DNA from: Octopus sinensis
Lineage: Eukaryota
Direction: 5' to 3'
DNA: 64,000 bases
Assembly: GCF_006345805.1 (NCBI RefSeq)
Contig: NC_043007.1
Coordinates: 58,652,001-58,716,000, forward strand
Under the pieces are notes generated by a model. It saw only the letters and a list, made by a program, of their open reading frames with translations. It ran no database searches and had not been told where the DNA came from. A program made the position numbers and the translations under genes. This document shows positions 49,430 through 61,822 of the stretch, piece after piece (the first letter of the stretch is position 1; every line of letters begins with the position of its first letter).

Positions 49430-49977
49430 GGTGCACCCGCCCTGCCCACCCCCACCACCAATACCTGATATCTCTATATTTTTGCTCCATCCATACCGGA
49501 TGTCGCTTCTCCCACCACCATAATAGGTGTCTACTCTTCGAACCCCCCTCTTCAATACGCTATTTCACCATGCATTACCCCTCTCTTGATATCCTACGTT
49601 CTACTTGCCTAGAACCTGTCATCATTTCTCTGAACCACCCCTCCCCACTGGTGCTCCCCTATATTTCTGCACCCCCCCCCATAAAAAAAACACCATCCGA
49701 ACGTGGCCGATGCCAGACCCCTCTGGCACCTGTGCAGGTGGCACGTAAAAAACACCCACTACACTCGCGGAGTGGTTGGCGTTAGGAAGGGCATCCAGCT
49801 GTAGAAACTCTGCCAGACTAGACTGGAGCCTGGGGCAGTCCCTAGCTCCCCAGACCCCGGTCGAAACCGTCCAACCCGTGCTAGCGCGGAAAACGGACGT
49901 TAAACGATGATGATGATGATGATAAACTGACAATTACAAGAATATACATACGTGTATAACATATTATGCTTTACATA

Positions 49978-50487
49978 TCTATATATATAAAACTGTAGTT
50001 GTGTGAGTGTCTATCCCCTTCGATTTAGATTCCTAACTACTCCCACATTTTGCGGTGCAGTTTAACCAAATTCGGGTATCTTATAGTCGTGATTCATATC
50101 GAGCCCATTTGACTATTAGCGCGCGTCTACGATGAGTCTACGATTTTAAAAATAATTTAACATCATTTTTTATTCCATTTTAATGCATAATTTTTCGTGT
50201 GTCGATGGCGGCGGAGTTGGCATCCATGGTCACACCTGCACCTGTTTGCTTCTCCCCCTTCTTCCCTCCCTCGTGTAGCTGTGTGGAAGGTAGTGTAAGG
50301 AAATCAACGCTGTAAAGCGTTGTCAAGGAGACCAGCGTTCTTTTAGAACGACTTCATGGTTTGAAGACACCAAAACAGAAATGGCTAAGAAAGCCCGAAT
50401 TGGCATCTATAAGGGAAGTAACTCTCTAAAAATGCTTATATAGTTATTTCCCTTACAAACCCGAGCAACGCCAGGCGATACTGCTAG
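49978..50487 (+). mobile_element. Non-autonomous Helitron (510 bp)
   Basis: A|TCTATATATATAAAA 5' end; imperfect CCCGAGCAACGCCAGG hairpin then CTAG|T 3' end; inserted between A and T without TSD. Confidence 0.8.
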
Positions 50488-50793
50488 TAAGATATAAAAT
50501 ATATTAATATATAAGGATACCAGTAATTATTACAAAATAACATACATGAATATAAATTGGGAAAATAACTTACAGCTGTTTCAGCCAAGAGATAAAAATA
50601 CCTCATTCTATCTTTATTACTCAAGTAGACTGAAGTAATAGGTAGATGAGATTGAGGTACTTGGGTATTTCTCTAGGCTTCGTCAGAGATTATAAAGTAC
50701 ATAATGTTGAGTTATAAATAAATATAAATATAAAATAAATAAAAATACACACACATTTAAATACTTATATATATATAGATATACATATACATA

Positions 50794-50827
<34 letters not shown>

Positions 50828-51999
50828 AACATATGTCTATATATACATATATAGATACATGTATATACACATACTTGTCTGCACCCACTATAAACATGTA
50901 TACTTTCGCCCTTGCGCTTATGCTTCTAAGTGCATTTGTGTATGTAAATAGGCTAACACACATACATTCGTAAAATCACCTGAATACATATATTCACAGA
51001 TGTGTGTGTATATATATATATATATATAGCCAAGCAACTTCTACTTCTATCCACAGGAATGTCTATAAAGGACAAAATTTAACCAGTCAACCACAGTTGA
51101 AACCAATGAACACAACTGTCAGCACCAATGAACCTGAAGATTGCATAAATGCAAGAAAGTATACTAGTTCAATAAGAATGGACATTTAATATTTCATTTG
51201 TTCAATACGAATAGACAATTAATATTTCATTTCATTTCTTTTTAATATATTATTTTATATCTTATATTGATATTAGATTATGAATAAAATGTGAAAAACA
51301 GACGGGGGTGGAATTCCTTTGAGTAATATATTCTTCTATACACACTCCTTCTATATCATACAAACTCCTTTGTGTGTGTGTATATATATATATATGCATG
51401 TAACATCACACATACATGTATGCATTTATGTGTATGTACTCATCCATGTCTATATCTGAGTTTAGTTGAAATATAGACACATTCCAATGGTGTATTCCAT
51501 TGGACATGTTTAGTCTAACTAGGCAATTTAATGGAACAATGAAATAACATGCCATAAAGTAATGCTATTGCAACAATAATTTCTTGCATGTATCGTATGT
51601 CATAATCAACTGATCAGTTCATACAGATTGGTTCTAAGGACAGCCCATAATTATATGTTCCTGGGTAGTCCGTTTTTAATTGAATTAATGGTATTGTGAG
51701 TCTACAGGTGTTGGTTGAATGAGAAATTCATCATGCAACATATAGTCGATGGAAAGCCTCATGGCAATATAGTGATATCCTGTGTTGTTGAGTGTAGGTG
51801 ATGGTGTGTTCATCACTTAGAAAGCAATATGTAAGTGTATGCAAGACAGTGAACAAATAGTTACTATATAGTGTAATATGAAGTATCTCAGTGATGTTAT
51901 ATTGCAAACATGTGTTCCAGGGAGAAGTTTAAGTTCACTACCTGAATATCCTGGTAATCCATAAATGCTGATCAAGTCAGTGATATCCTAAATTGGGCA

Positions 52000-52260
52000 A
52001 ATGTGCATTTCCTAGCATGCAAGCATCTTACTATTCTTTCTGAGAATTTATTAATGATCGGTTCGCTTCTCAACAAAATGCACAGTGATTACTCTGAGCA
52101 TAGTCTACACTTCCTGGAAAGGGCATTGTATGGTTGTGCATGACTCATTATGGACTAAGTCAGATCATATTTAAGCTTATCAGATTTGAGTTGCTACAGA
52201 AAATCTGCCAATGGTGTTGAGTGCCTCTTGTCGACTTTGTTGAAGCTAAAGTTTCAAGAT
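52000..52260 (-). mobile_element. Penelope-like GIY-YIG C-terminal relic
   Basis: SFNKVDKRHSTPLADFL*QLKSDKLKYDLT*SIMSHAQPYNALSRKCRLCSE*SLCILLRSEPIINKFSERIVRCLH. Confidence 0.8.
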
Positions 52261-52655
52261 GTATATGGAGAGGGTGGTGATTGAGGTATGTAAAATGAGG
52301 TGTATGGCAATGAGAAAATGAATCTGATGGAGATTATTGTTGAGTAACTCCAGGTACAGTGGTTATATATGAGTAACCTCCAGGTCCCCCAAAATGCTAG
52401 ATAAACAATGCTCCAGTCTGGTCTGGAAGCAGTGTTATACATACTGTTATGTTTTAGTTTTTTTAATTATGAGTAGTGTAGTGTTACAGTCTGACCATTT
52501 TGGAATCAGTCTTGTTTTCTGGCCTGATTGGTGTGAATACAATGAGGATAGACCGTAACTATTCCAGTGAAGGTTATATTGGTGATAGCAGTTAAAGAGA
52601 AGAGAATGATGATGATCACATTTGGTTTGATATTATAATTTTATTTTCTCACTAG

Positions 52656-52775
52656 GTTCATGTCAATGATTATAAGAAATCTGTTTATGACACAATTCCT
52701 AAACTTAAGGATTCATTCACTACATCTGCACAAGGTACTAGAATCCACTTTCACAACACTGAGTTTTGCCCACAG
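52656..52775 (+). CDS. DCLRE1C: Artemis exon 8 (VHVNDYKKSVYDTIPKLKDSFTTSAQGTRIHFHNTEFCPQ)
   Basis: TTCTCACTAG acceptor, GTAATG donor; aligns with human VHVNKLDMF...TTDRNTQIHAC; 120 nt. Confidence 0.93.
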
Positions 52776-53948
52776 GTAATGGACTTATTATTATTTTCTT
52801 TTTTCTTGTATAGTTTCTTGCAAGTTTCTACTGTACCTCAATGCTCCTGAGGTGTGTGTAGCATTTGGTTCTTATTTTTGTGGGGATTTGGGGAGTATAC
52901 ACTCCTCCTGTTGGTGTACTGCACCAGTTTGTTTTGTTATGGAGTTTAGTTTCTTGTTATATTAGTTTATATTTTGTTGTGCATGGTATATGTAATGTAA
53001 AAGAAAGAGGTCTTCTTGAAGCTTTTAAGATGTTATTGAATTTTATTTTGTTGTACCATCTAAGGCTAGTTGGTTGTTTTTGGAAGTTTTATCCTTCAGG
53101 GTAAACTTTTTGTTTTTTAGTAGTAAAGTTAAATATCTAGAAATAAAAATATGGCTTTGCAAATCCAGGCAGGAATTATCTGTTCCAACAACCAACACAT
53201 TGCTAGTTTCTCAGTACTACCTGTTAACAAAGAGTCTATGAACTACAAGAGTAATGTCAACAACACCAATGAAAAGAGATATGAAAGCAACATTACTTCT
53301 GCCACCACTAGTACTGACCAAAACAACAACAACAGTGAGTTTGAAAACAAGAACAATGAGGATGGAAACAAAGAAGAATCAAATTGTCAATACAACATGG
53401 CTGAAAATATCATTCCCCGCTACTGTCACACTATCAGCAGCAATGCAAAACCAAAGTTACTGTGTTCACAAACACCATGAAACAAGAGGATGTAATTAAA
53501 TTAACATCTGAAGAATTAAAAGATGCTAAAAACCTCCTGAACAAAGAATTAAATGTTGCACAAATAATTTAAAGTGTTCAATGATGCAAAAGTGTAAGAA
53601 GAGATAATTTGATAAATTTATAAGGAGAGAACAGATGGACAAAAGAGTAGCAGACAAACACTCATGCGGTCCTTTGTTTATGTCTTGTCACTGGCACTAA
53701 ATTGTCATCTGTATCCAAGACACTTTATGAATAAATGTCCAAACAATCCTTCCTGAACAATTTATCATTCCAAGAAATGGTAGCATAGGAAATTTGACAA
53801 ATGTTTTGTTAGTTTGTGGTATCAAAATCATTTCTCTTTGACTTACCTTTGACAGGAAGATTAAATCTGCAATGGGGTTCTTCGTGGGTTAAAAAAGAAA
53901 GATGAAATTTGCACTGTGTCATAATTTATTTCTTTGTTTTCATTTCAG

Positions 53949-54179
53949 CTAAGACCTAAAAAATCAGAATTACTTATTATTAAAGTATCTGTTATGTGGT
54001 TTGTGGAAGAATCCAGAAAAAAGGGCTGTGCGGATGCACTTCAGTGGGTTGACCCAAATAAATGCCGTGTATGTTATTCCTGTCATCCATCATTTGAAGA
54101 AGTTCAAGCTCTAGTTAGATATTTGAAACCTGAAAATGTCCTTCCAAATGTCTGTCCTCAACATTATACTTTAGAGCAG
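53949..54179 (+). CDS. DCLRE1C: Artemis exon 9 (LRPKKSELLIIKVSVMWF...RVCYSCHPSFEEVQALVRYLKPENVLPNVCPQHYTLEQ)
   Basis: TTTCATTTCAG acceptor, GTATGT donor; IK.S.MWF and beta-CASP motif C His; 231 nt. Confidence 0.95.
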
Positions 54180-54198
54180 GTATGTATAACTACTTTAA

Positions 54199-54408
54199 CC
54201 CTTTCACATTCAAACCAGTCATATCCAGCCCAAATATTCTATTTGTTTTATGTTCAAACCAGCCAGATCTTTCCTCTCAAACCGACCACTTTAAAAATAA
54301 AACAATCACACCATTGAAATCACGAAGCTATGAAATAATGCATGATTAATCGAGACAATGTGAATGAATAAACATTACATTTGACAGAGTAATCTGAATG
54401 CTAAAGAG
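54199..54408. mobile_element. TTAA-flanked (piggyBac-like) MITE, 210 bp
   Basis: TTAA|CCCTTTCACATTCA ... TGAATGCTAAAGAG|TTAA. Confidence 0.75.
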
Positions 54409-55141
54409 TTAATGTTAATATATATTCTATTAACATCAGTGAAGATTACGTTGTTGTTGTTAACCTCAATCAGCTCTAATCCAACAAATCTATGATACAA
54501 AACATCCAAAATATGATAATTCCATTTTTTTTTCTTTTTAGATATTGTATATCTAGGACTACATTATCCACTGTGTCCTGTCTTTTCTAAGATAACAGTG
54601 TGTGATTTGAGGGAGAATTGGTTGCTGTTTCTAGCAAATAGAATGACTTTATAGAGTCCCTTGACTTGAGAGTATGATTTAATGTTTTCATATAGTGTAT
54701 GAATAAAATAAAATACAATTTCATTATTGCTATAAATTGTAGCATGGTGCTTGTATTGAAATACGATGGAGCTGAAATATGGAAGACAAAATAGATAATG
54801 CAGACAACATGGATAAGCAGTAAAGCAGCTTTCTAGTTGATGGTTTATAAAACATTAGGATAAAAGCAGTTCCAAAATCAGCTAGTTTTTGTCTAAACAT
54901 TTTGATGCCAGCCCACCTTAGGCTGCCCTTAGTTCTCTGATACAAACTTCATGTTGAAAGTGATCTAAATTAAAACCTGCTTTCAAAATTTCATGTTTAT
55001 GTTTCAAACATCATCTCAGTCATGACAGTTATTTTACTACCTTCATCATTATTTTCAAAATTAAAACGGAGACAGTAAACTATGGTAAAAGAGTTGAGGG
55101 CCAGTACTTTGTCAGTTAAAATTCTGCTACGTGTTGCTTAA

Positions 55142-55247
55142 CCTTTAACACATTGCATTTTCTCTAGAATTGTTTCCCCTGCGACTGTCCTGTTAGTACA
55201 GGGGGAGAAAACTCATCCGTGACGTGATGCATCTACAGTGCTAAAGG
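55142..55247. mobile_element. TTAA-flanked (piggyBac-like) MITE, 106 bp
   Basis: TTAA|CCTTTAACAC ... GTGCTAAAGG|TTAA. Confidence 0.7.
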
Positions 55248-57665
55248 TTAATTTACACATGCTTACTATATCTGTTGAAAATATAACTAGCTGAATTTTT
55301 TAAAATCTACTTATTTGTTTTTTAATGTATAAATGCTTTAGCTCTTAAAATACCGTCTGTTTCACACATGCTTCAATTGTTATCAAAGTATGTTGTTAAA
55401 GTTGGTGTGAAGTTGACTTTATCATATTCTATCTCTAGTTAATGCTTTGAATGTACAGTGAGTTTTCAGTGTGTTTGGTGTTGTTTGTTTCAAGGATAAG
55501 ATGAACGTTGTAGAAGACAGACGGAGGTAAATAAATAGTTTTCTTGATGCAAAATATTCAGCTTTTAATGGAATGATCTTCCATCATTATCATCATCATG
55601 GAGACTGAATGCCAGTGAAACACCTATTAATTATATAATGTCTCTGCAATCTATACCAGTGAGACTGAACTTGTCTGTGATGTAGAATTGTTGGCATTGC
55701 TAAAGTGTAGGTCTTCCTCCTACCATTTCTGTTAACAACCAACACCATTAGAAAGCAAGGTGAAGTTGTCAGATTCTGTAAAAATGTATACTAATTGTTA
55801 TTTTTTATCATCATACTATCATCAGAAAAGTCCTCTTTCAAAGCTTCACACTTGACATATTGGCTTGAAGATTAACAAGACAAAGTGAAATGAATCAGGC
55901 GCTCTTATTGAGAACATCAAGTGTACACCTTTTGAGGTACAAATTAAAATTTATAGAATAATATAAAAGACATACCATATAACATAAATACTTCCTTTAT
56001 ACTTCTGTTGAAATACTTTCATTATCAAATATGTTTGTTCTTCCAACAGAAGTGAATATACTGTGAATATATTGTAGTATTTTAGGAACAAAGCATTCCA
56101 TTTTTTTTCTCAGTTCATATTTTCATTCAGTAATGACAATATCTATAAATTATCCTCACTGGTTCTTCATATACAATAATTCAAATAGTATTTTTGACAA
56201 CAGAACTATTATATTCTGATCTTCTTTATTAAAGTTTGATACCTAGAACACTAAAGGACACATGTCTGATGATTGTACTGTGATGTACATTTAACGTATT
56301 ACCACCCTCATAGAAAGCTGTAACATTGTTATAATGATTACAACTCAGATCATAACTTAGACATTACACATTGTGGCTTGGACTTAATATAATTTACTTC
56401 TGCTATCTCAAATGTTGCAATGCATTTGATGGGGACAGGTAACATTGAGTTCTCTGTGTATGATACACACTCTTAATATATGAATTAAAAATCTATAAAA
56501 AGTAAGTATAAAAATCTGAAATAAAAGTATGTATTATACACAAATATTGTCCCACTCACATTATGGAGTTGATTTAATCAACTCACCTCTCTCCTTCAAA
56601 TTTGTAGCCTTATGCCTATGTTAGAAACACTCATTATTAGAGCAGTAGATTTTCAGAATCATTGCATATAATGTTGTATGGTATTTGTTCTGGCTTTGTA
56701 CATTCTGAGTTCAAATTCCACTGAGGTCAACATAACCCTTTATCCTTCCAGAATTAATAAAATATAATATCAGTCATATACTGGAGTTATGTTTGACTGT
56801 TCCCGTACTACAAATTTTGGTCTCCTGCCTACATTAGGTGGAGAGGGGGTTAGCAGAATCATTACTGCATTTATTCTGACCCTTTAGATTCTTTGTGCAA
56901 ATCCAGGCCCAAGTCAACTGTGCATTTTAACTTTCTAGGGTGGATAAAATACCAGTCAAATATTGGGGTTGATATAATTGACTATTTCCTTCTATAATTT
57001 CCTACATAGGCACCAGAAGGTGGTCTATGTAAAAAAGTTATTATAACCATCATCATAATGACACCAGTTAATACCAAATTCTACTGCACCACTAGGCTGG
57101 TATCCCTCCTTGTTCCTGAGGTGGATTCAACTTTATCGTTTGGAAATATGTAATGCTGTTTGTATAATATATCAGCTGTGCTTTCTTGATTTACTGTATG
57201 AAATTTGTGCTATATCAGTTGTAAATTTATTCGGGTGGTTGGTCATTGCAACTCGCATTTGTTGTCTAGTGAGGTCTGTTGTTTAGTGTCAGGTCATCAT
57301 GATCCATTAGATCTATGCTCATAGACATTCCAGCTGTGACCATTCTGTATTTTATTCAAACATAAGGGTTACATTTTTAGTGTCCATCACTTTTCCTTTG
57401 AGCTGGGAGATATTTGGCTCCTTTTTTCAGCTAAATGAGTGACCACTTGAAAGGTTGTGAATTATGTTGTAGTATTGGATGGTAATTATGTAGAATATGC
57501 ATTGTGTATATTGTGTAATGAAATATTGATGGTAATTGTGTTATAACATTAGCAGATGAGAGTGCAAGAAGTGTTCTGCATGAGTTGATGTGATTGAGTT
57601 GAATTGAATTGAATCGAATCACCACAAACAGTATGATTATTATTATTATTATTATTATTATTAAG

Positions 57666-57783
57666 ACTCAAATACAACTCAATAAGATTCTGGATAAGCC
57701 CAAACCAAAGAAACAGCAGCAACATTGTTCATCTAATGACAAGCAACTTGGAATGATGAAACTTAAGAAAGTTCCAGAAATCT
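57666..57783 (+). CDS. DCLRE1C: Artemis exon 10 (TQIQLNKILDKPKPKKQQQHCSSNDKQLGMMKLKKVPEI)
   Basis: AAG acceptor after an (ATT)n tract, GTAAGT donor; LGMMKLKK resembles human PLGKLKR; 118 nt, phase 0 to 1, exactly the phase required by the last exon. Confidence 0.8.
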
Positions 57784-59699
57784 GTAAGTATTTTAATTAG
57801 GATTCTTTTTATGATCTTCCAGTTTACTTTTGTTTTCAAAAAGACTTTTTTAGCTCCCTTCTAGCCAGCTCCATGTCAAGCCATACAACCCATGCCAGCA
57901 GATGTTAAATGATGAAGATGTGTTCCTAGATAATGTGCACTTATGTCAACCTGATGGTAAAATATATGCCCTTGTTACTTGCACATCTACCAGAAGATAC
58001 ATTCCTCATTTCTTTCCTGCCTTCACACATCTTCCACATTCAGTACTGTGCCACAGCACATTATGTACACAAGCATCATACAATCTGCCTTTCATTCAAA
58101 TAGCAAACCACTTTGTTGCCAGCTGAGATATTAGCTCACTCAACTTCCACCATGGCTACTGTGCTTTCAGGGCACTCACCTCCACTGCTAATTTGATCAC
58201 AGAAATAACAGAAGTTACCAATACTTTGATGGAGCTTTTTTAGCCTTTACTACCAACTACTCTTGTGCATATGCTAAATATAATCTTCCCTGCTTCTTTT
58301 GTGCACTCACAGTTTATACACCATATGGAATACTCACAGACATGCTCTGCAATTCCATGTTATGGCCTAGAGAACTGGAATAAACAGTAGCAAGCTGAGG
58401 ACTGAGCCCTGATGGATACCTATCTGTATACCAGTTTCCTCACTGATCTTACTGGTCTCACCAGCCTGGTAACTATTATTATTAAGTTGATGAGCTTGCA
58501 GAATTGTTACCACGCTGGACAGCATTTCTTCTGATTTAACATTCTGAGTTCAAAGGCCACCAAGATCAACTTTAGCTATCTTTCTTTCGGTGTTAATAAA
58601 ATAAGTACCACTTGAACACTAGGATCAATGTAATCAATTCTGTAAATTTATCACTCGCAATAATGACGATAATCCTTTCTTATTTCTGCACAAAGCTGAT
58701 AGTTTTGAAGGATGAGGACCAAAACAGCATCAGTCACACAGTAGACAAAATGCTTTGTAGTATTTGTTACAGCTCTTAATGTTCTGTGTTCAAACTCTGC
58801 TGAGACCACCTTTGCCTCTCATACTTCACGGGTAGGTATAATAAACACCAGTGAAGTACTGGGTCGATATAATTGATGATAACCATCCACTAAATTTGTG
58901 GCCCTGTGTCTATGTGAGAAATCATCATTATTAATATTATTGACAAAAATTAATTTTAAAATTCAGTTTTACAATATTCCTGATATAATTACCCAATCTG
59001 CTTGCCTGTGATCTCACCATCCTTTTTTGGGATTTCTACCTACTTACTTTCTGCATATTAAGCATAGTAATTTCCTTACAAATAGTCCTTTTTCAGTTAC
59101 TCTGTTATGGCTTGGTGAACTACTGTTAATTTCCTACAGGCATTTTTTAAATTATAGTTTAGCCTCATGAAGTCAAAACAAAGTTTCTTCTTGAAATAGC
59201 CATCACTAGTGAGAGGTATTAACCATCTCAACTATGCAATATCTTTGAAGTGGCAAGGGATAATATTAGCTACAGTTGTCATCATTTTGTTACTGAAGCC
59301 ACTTCAACAACCAGTTGTTGGTTAATTATCAGACACATCTAATTTAACTACCTCACAAATGTAACCAATCAGATGCTTCAGAGAAACCTGTTAATCTTGC
59401 ATTTTGGATATTTAAAGCTTTAATCTAGAGCTCATATTGAACACACTACTTTGCAGTAGTGGATTCTGCAGTTTCACATTCCTTGCGTGTTGTGTCAATA
59501 TTGTTGTGCATTAAAATATGATCAAATGTTTTGGTTATGACTATAAAGCAGAAAGCAAGCTGAGCTTAGTTCATTTCTGCAAGATTGCCTATCCAAAACA
59601 GAATTTTAGTCGGGGAAGATAAACCTAGAATTAAAAGGCCTGAAGGTAACATATCAAAGGCCTGGGTGTTAGTAGGAAAGAAAACAGGACCCAGATATT

Positions 59700-60390
59700 A
59701 TCTAGAAAATGGCCTTGCTTGATATGCAGAAAAGAAATAGGTATAAATTCCAAATGATGTACAGAGTAAAAGCTATGGACAAACAAGGGATGTTATGGAA
59801 TTACAGACTAACAGAGAAAGTAAGTTTTGTATGTGACAAGTGCACTGGAACAGTACTACAATATGCACACCAGAAATAGATCCTCTTAAATGCCTGGATA
59901 CCTCATTTGAAGTCAACAGTTTCTAGTATAGTAGCCAAGGTAAAAATGAGTTAAAAACAGTTCATGGAACTATTACCAAAGGTTTTTTCTGAATAAAGGT
60001 CAGATTGAATAGTGCTTGTGTTAGAACTGCAATGTTGCTTGATAGTGAGATATGAACCTTGAGAAGATTAGAAAGATTTGAAGCACGCATGTTCTGATAG
60101 ATGTGTAATGTTGGTGTTTGAGAGCAAATGAGCAAAACTAAAAATCAAGTATAAAAGGAATCATGAGTAGTGTGCTAGAGAGGAGGCTGTTCTGGTGCAG
60201 GCATGTTATGTATATGGAGAACTGCTGCTTAGTGGAACTTGTAAAAGAAGGAGACCAAGGAATGCTTGGGATGAAATAGTGAAGGCTGACCTGAAAATGC
60301 TGTATCCCATGGAGGAAATAACAAAGGACTATATGATTGGCAATATGCAGTGCCACAGAAGACCTGTCCATCCATGGTAAAATACACCTT
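59700..60390 (+). mobile_element. RTE-clade LINE 3' relic
   Basis: Degenerate RLTEK.SFVCDKCTG, CVRTAMLLDSE, RRFEARMF, RRRPRNAWDEIVKADLK segments. Confidence 0.7.
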
Positions 60391-61344
60391 AACACAAGGG
60401 TAGTGTTTAAGAAGCTGTGATATATATTCCATCAAGCCTACCTTACCATCCTCTAACCCCGGGTCTCTCCACTCACCCATGATCCAGTCTCTTCATCATT
60501 CATACTTCTTCCATCTCATCTGTCATATTTGTTCCATTGTACTACCAACCAGCACATTTTCCTGGGTTAGCTCTAATGCCAGCCAACATTGACTCTCGCC
60601 TTTATCTCACTTCTCACTCTCACTCTATGGTGTTTTCAACTCTCTCTCTATCACAATTTTCTTGTTGCATCCACCTACTGCTCTCTTTACATCCTTCCTA
60701 TCTGGGATGCTTTCTCTCCTCTTCTATTGTACCCTCCAGCCTCTCTTCACATTTCTCTTGCCTTCAGTTACTCTTTCAAGACCATCCTAGTCTATTTCTC
60801 CCATCCTGTCTTCTTTCCTTTATACCTTCCATCCATACCTCTCATGTTAGATATCCTTAGATCTCCCCTACACAACCCACCCTATCACTTTTCCATTCTG
60901 ATTCCACCTTCCTTTTTCTCAATAGCTCCTGACTCTAATCCTTCCCTTTCCTCTCTGCCCATCCTGTTACTCTATCTACTACTACCCTATCACAACTATA
61001 AATCTCTTCTTATTTTATTTTACTCTCCCTCATCACTTCATCTAGAATCATCACATCCTCTTCCTCAGTTATAGGGACCATATTAGGCTCTCACTAGTAC
61101 TGGTACCACAAAAAGGCATCCAGTGCACACTGAAAGTAATTGCTTTTAAGAATGATATCTGGTCATAAAAACCATGCCAAAGACATTGGAGCATGACATT
61201 GTCTTCTGACTCATTAGATCCCATTCAACTGTCTAAGCCATGCCAGTATGAAAGATGCATGTTAAATGGTGATATAATTTTTGTTGTTTGTTTACTGTTA
61301 AATGTACCCCACTGGATGATAAATTCAAAATACATTCTCATATA

Positions 61345-61710
61345 TAGGTGCAGGCATGGCTGTGTAGTAAGATGCTTGCTTCCCAACTACATGGTTTAGG
61401 GTTCAGCCTCACTGTATGGCATCTTGGACAGGTGTGTTCTACTTTAGTCTTGGGCCAACCAAAGCCTTGTGAGTAGATTTGGTAGACATAAACTGAAAGA
61501 AGCCTGTCATAATATATGTGTGTGTGTATGTCTTTGTTTGTCCCACAATCACCACTTGACAACCAGTGATAACTTAGCAGTTTGGTAAAAGAGACTGATA
61601 GAATAAGTTCCAGACTTAAAAGAAAAATAAGTACTGAGGTCAATTCATTCAACTAAAAACTCTTCAAGGTGGTGCCCCAGTCTAATGACTGAAACAAGTA
61701 AAAGATAATG
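61345..61710 (+). mobile_element. Full-length tRNA-head SINE
   Basis: Same family as 14709; ends ATGACTGAAACAAGTAAAAGATAA. Confidence 0.85.
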
Positions 61711-61781
61711 GCCCAGGCTGAACAATTACAAATCAGCTTACTTCCTGTGGTTCATCCACATATTTTTTCTCTTCTCCATAG

Positions 61782-61822
61782 GTGAGGCAGAAATGTTTAA
61801 AAATTATTTTAAAAGAAAATGA
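61782..61822 (+). CDS. DCLRE1C: Candidate alternative coding exon ending a short 398-aa Artemis isoform (C-EAEMFKNYFKRK*)
   Basis: Strong acceptor TATTTTTTCTCTTCTCCATAG; phase-1 compatible with exon 10; GTATGC donor at 61832; peptide resembles the human ligase IV-binding segment. No expression evidence. Confidence 0.45.

Noticed and set aside
53151-53720. 109-aa Asn-rich ORF and downstream decayed frames (DKHSCG) in intron 8
   Set aside because: No usable splice phase with flanking exons; probably a transposon relic, family not identifiable.
55495-55526. 32-nt candidate exon (CAAG|GATAAG...GGAG|GTAAAT) between exons 9 and 10
   Set aside because: Would shift the frame and has no Artemis similarity; such AG/GT pairs arise by chance. 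Only RNA-seq could rescue it as a poison exon.
60537-61074. 107-161 aa Leu/Ser/Pro-rich ORFs
   Set aside because: Products of a C/T-rich low-complexity tract.
3058-61710. tRNA-like A/B boxes as tRNA genes
   Set aside because: All belong to SINE heads; no complete cloverleaf was found.
61820-61822. A-to-I editing of the cassette-exon UGA to UGG allowing read-through into the long tail
   Set aside because: The 50-nt exon ends in phase 0 while the last exon needs phase 1, and the unspliced path has two further stops.
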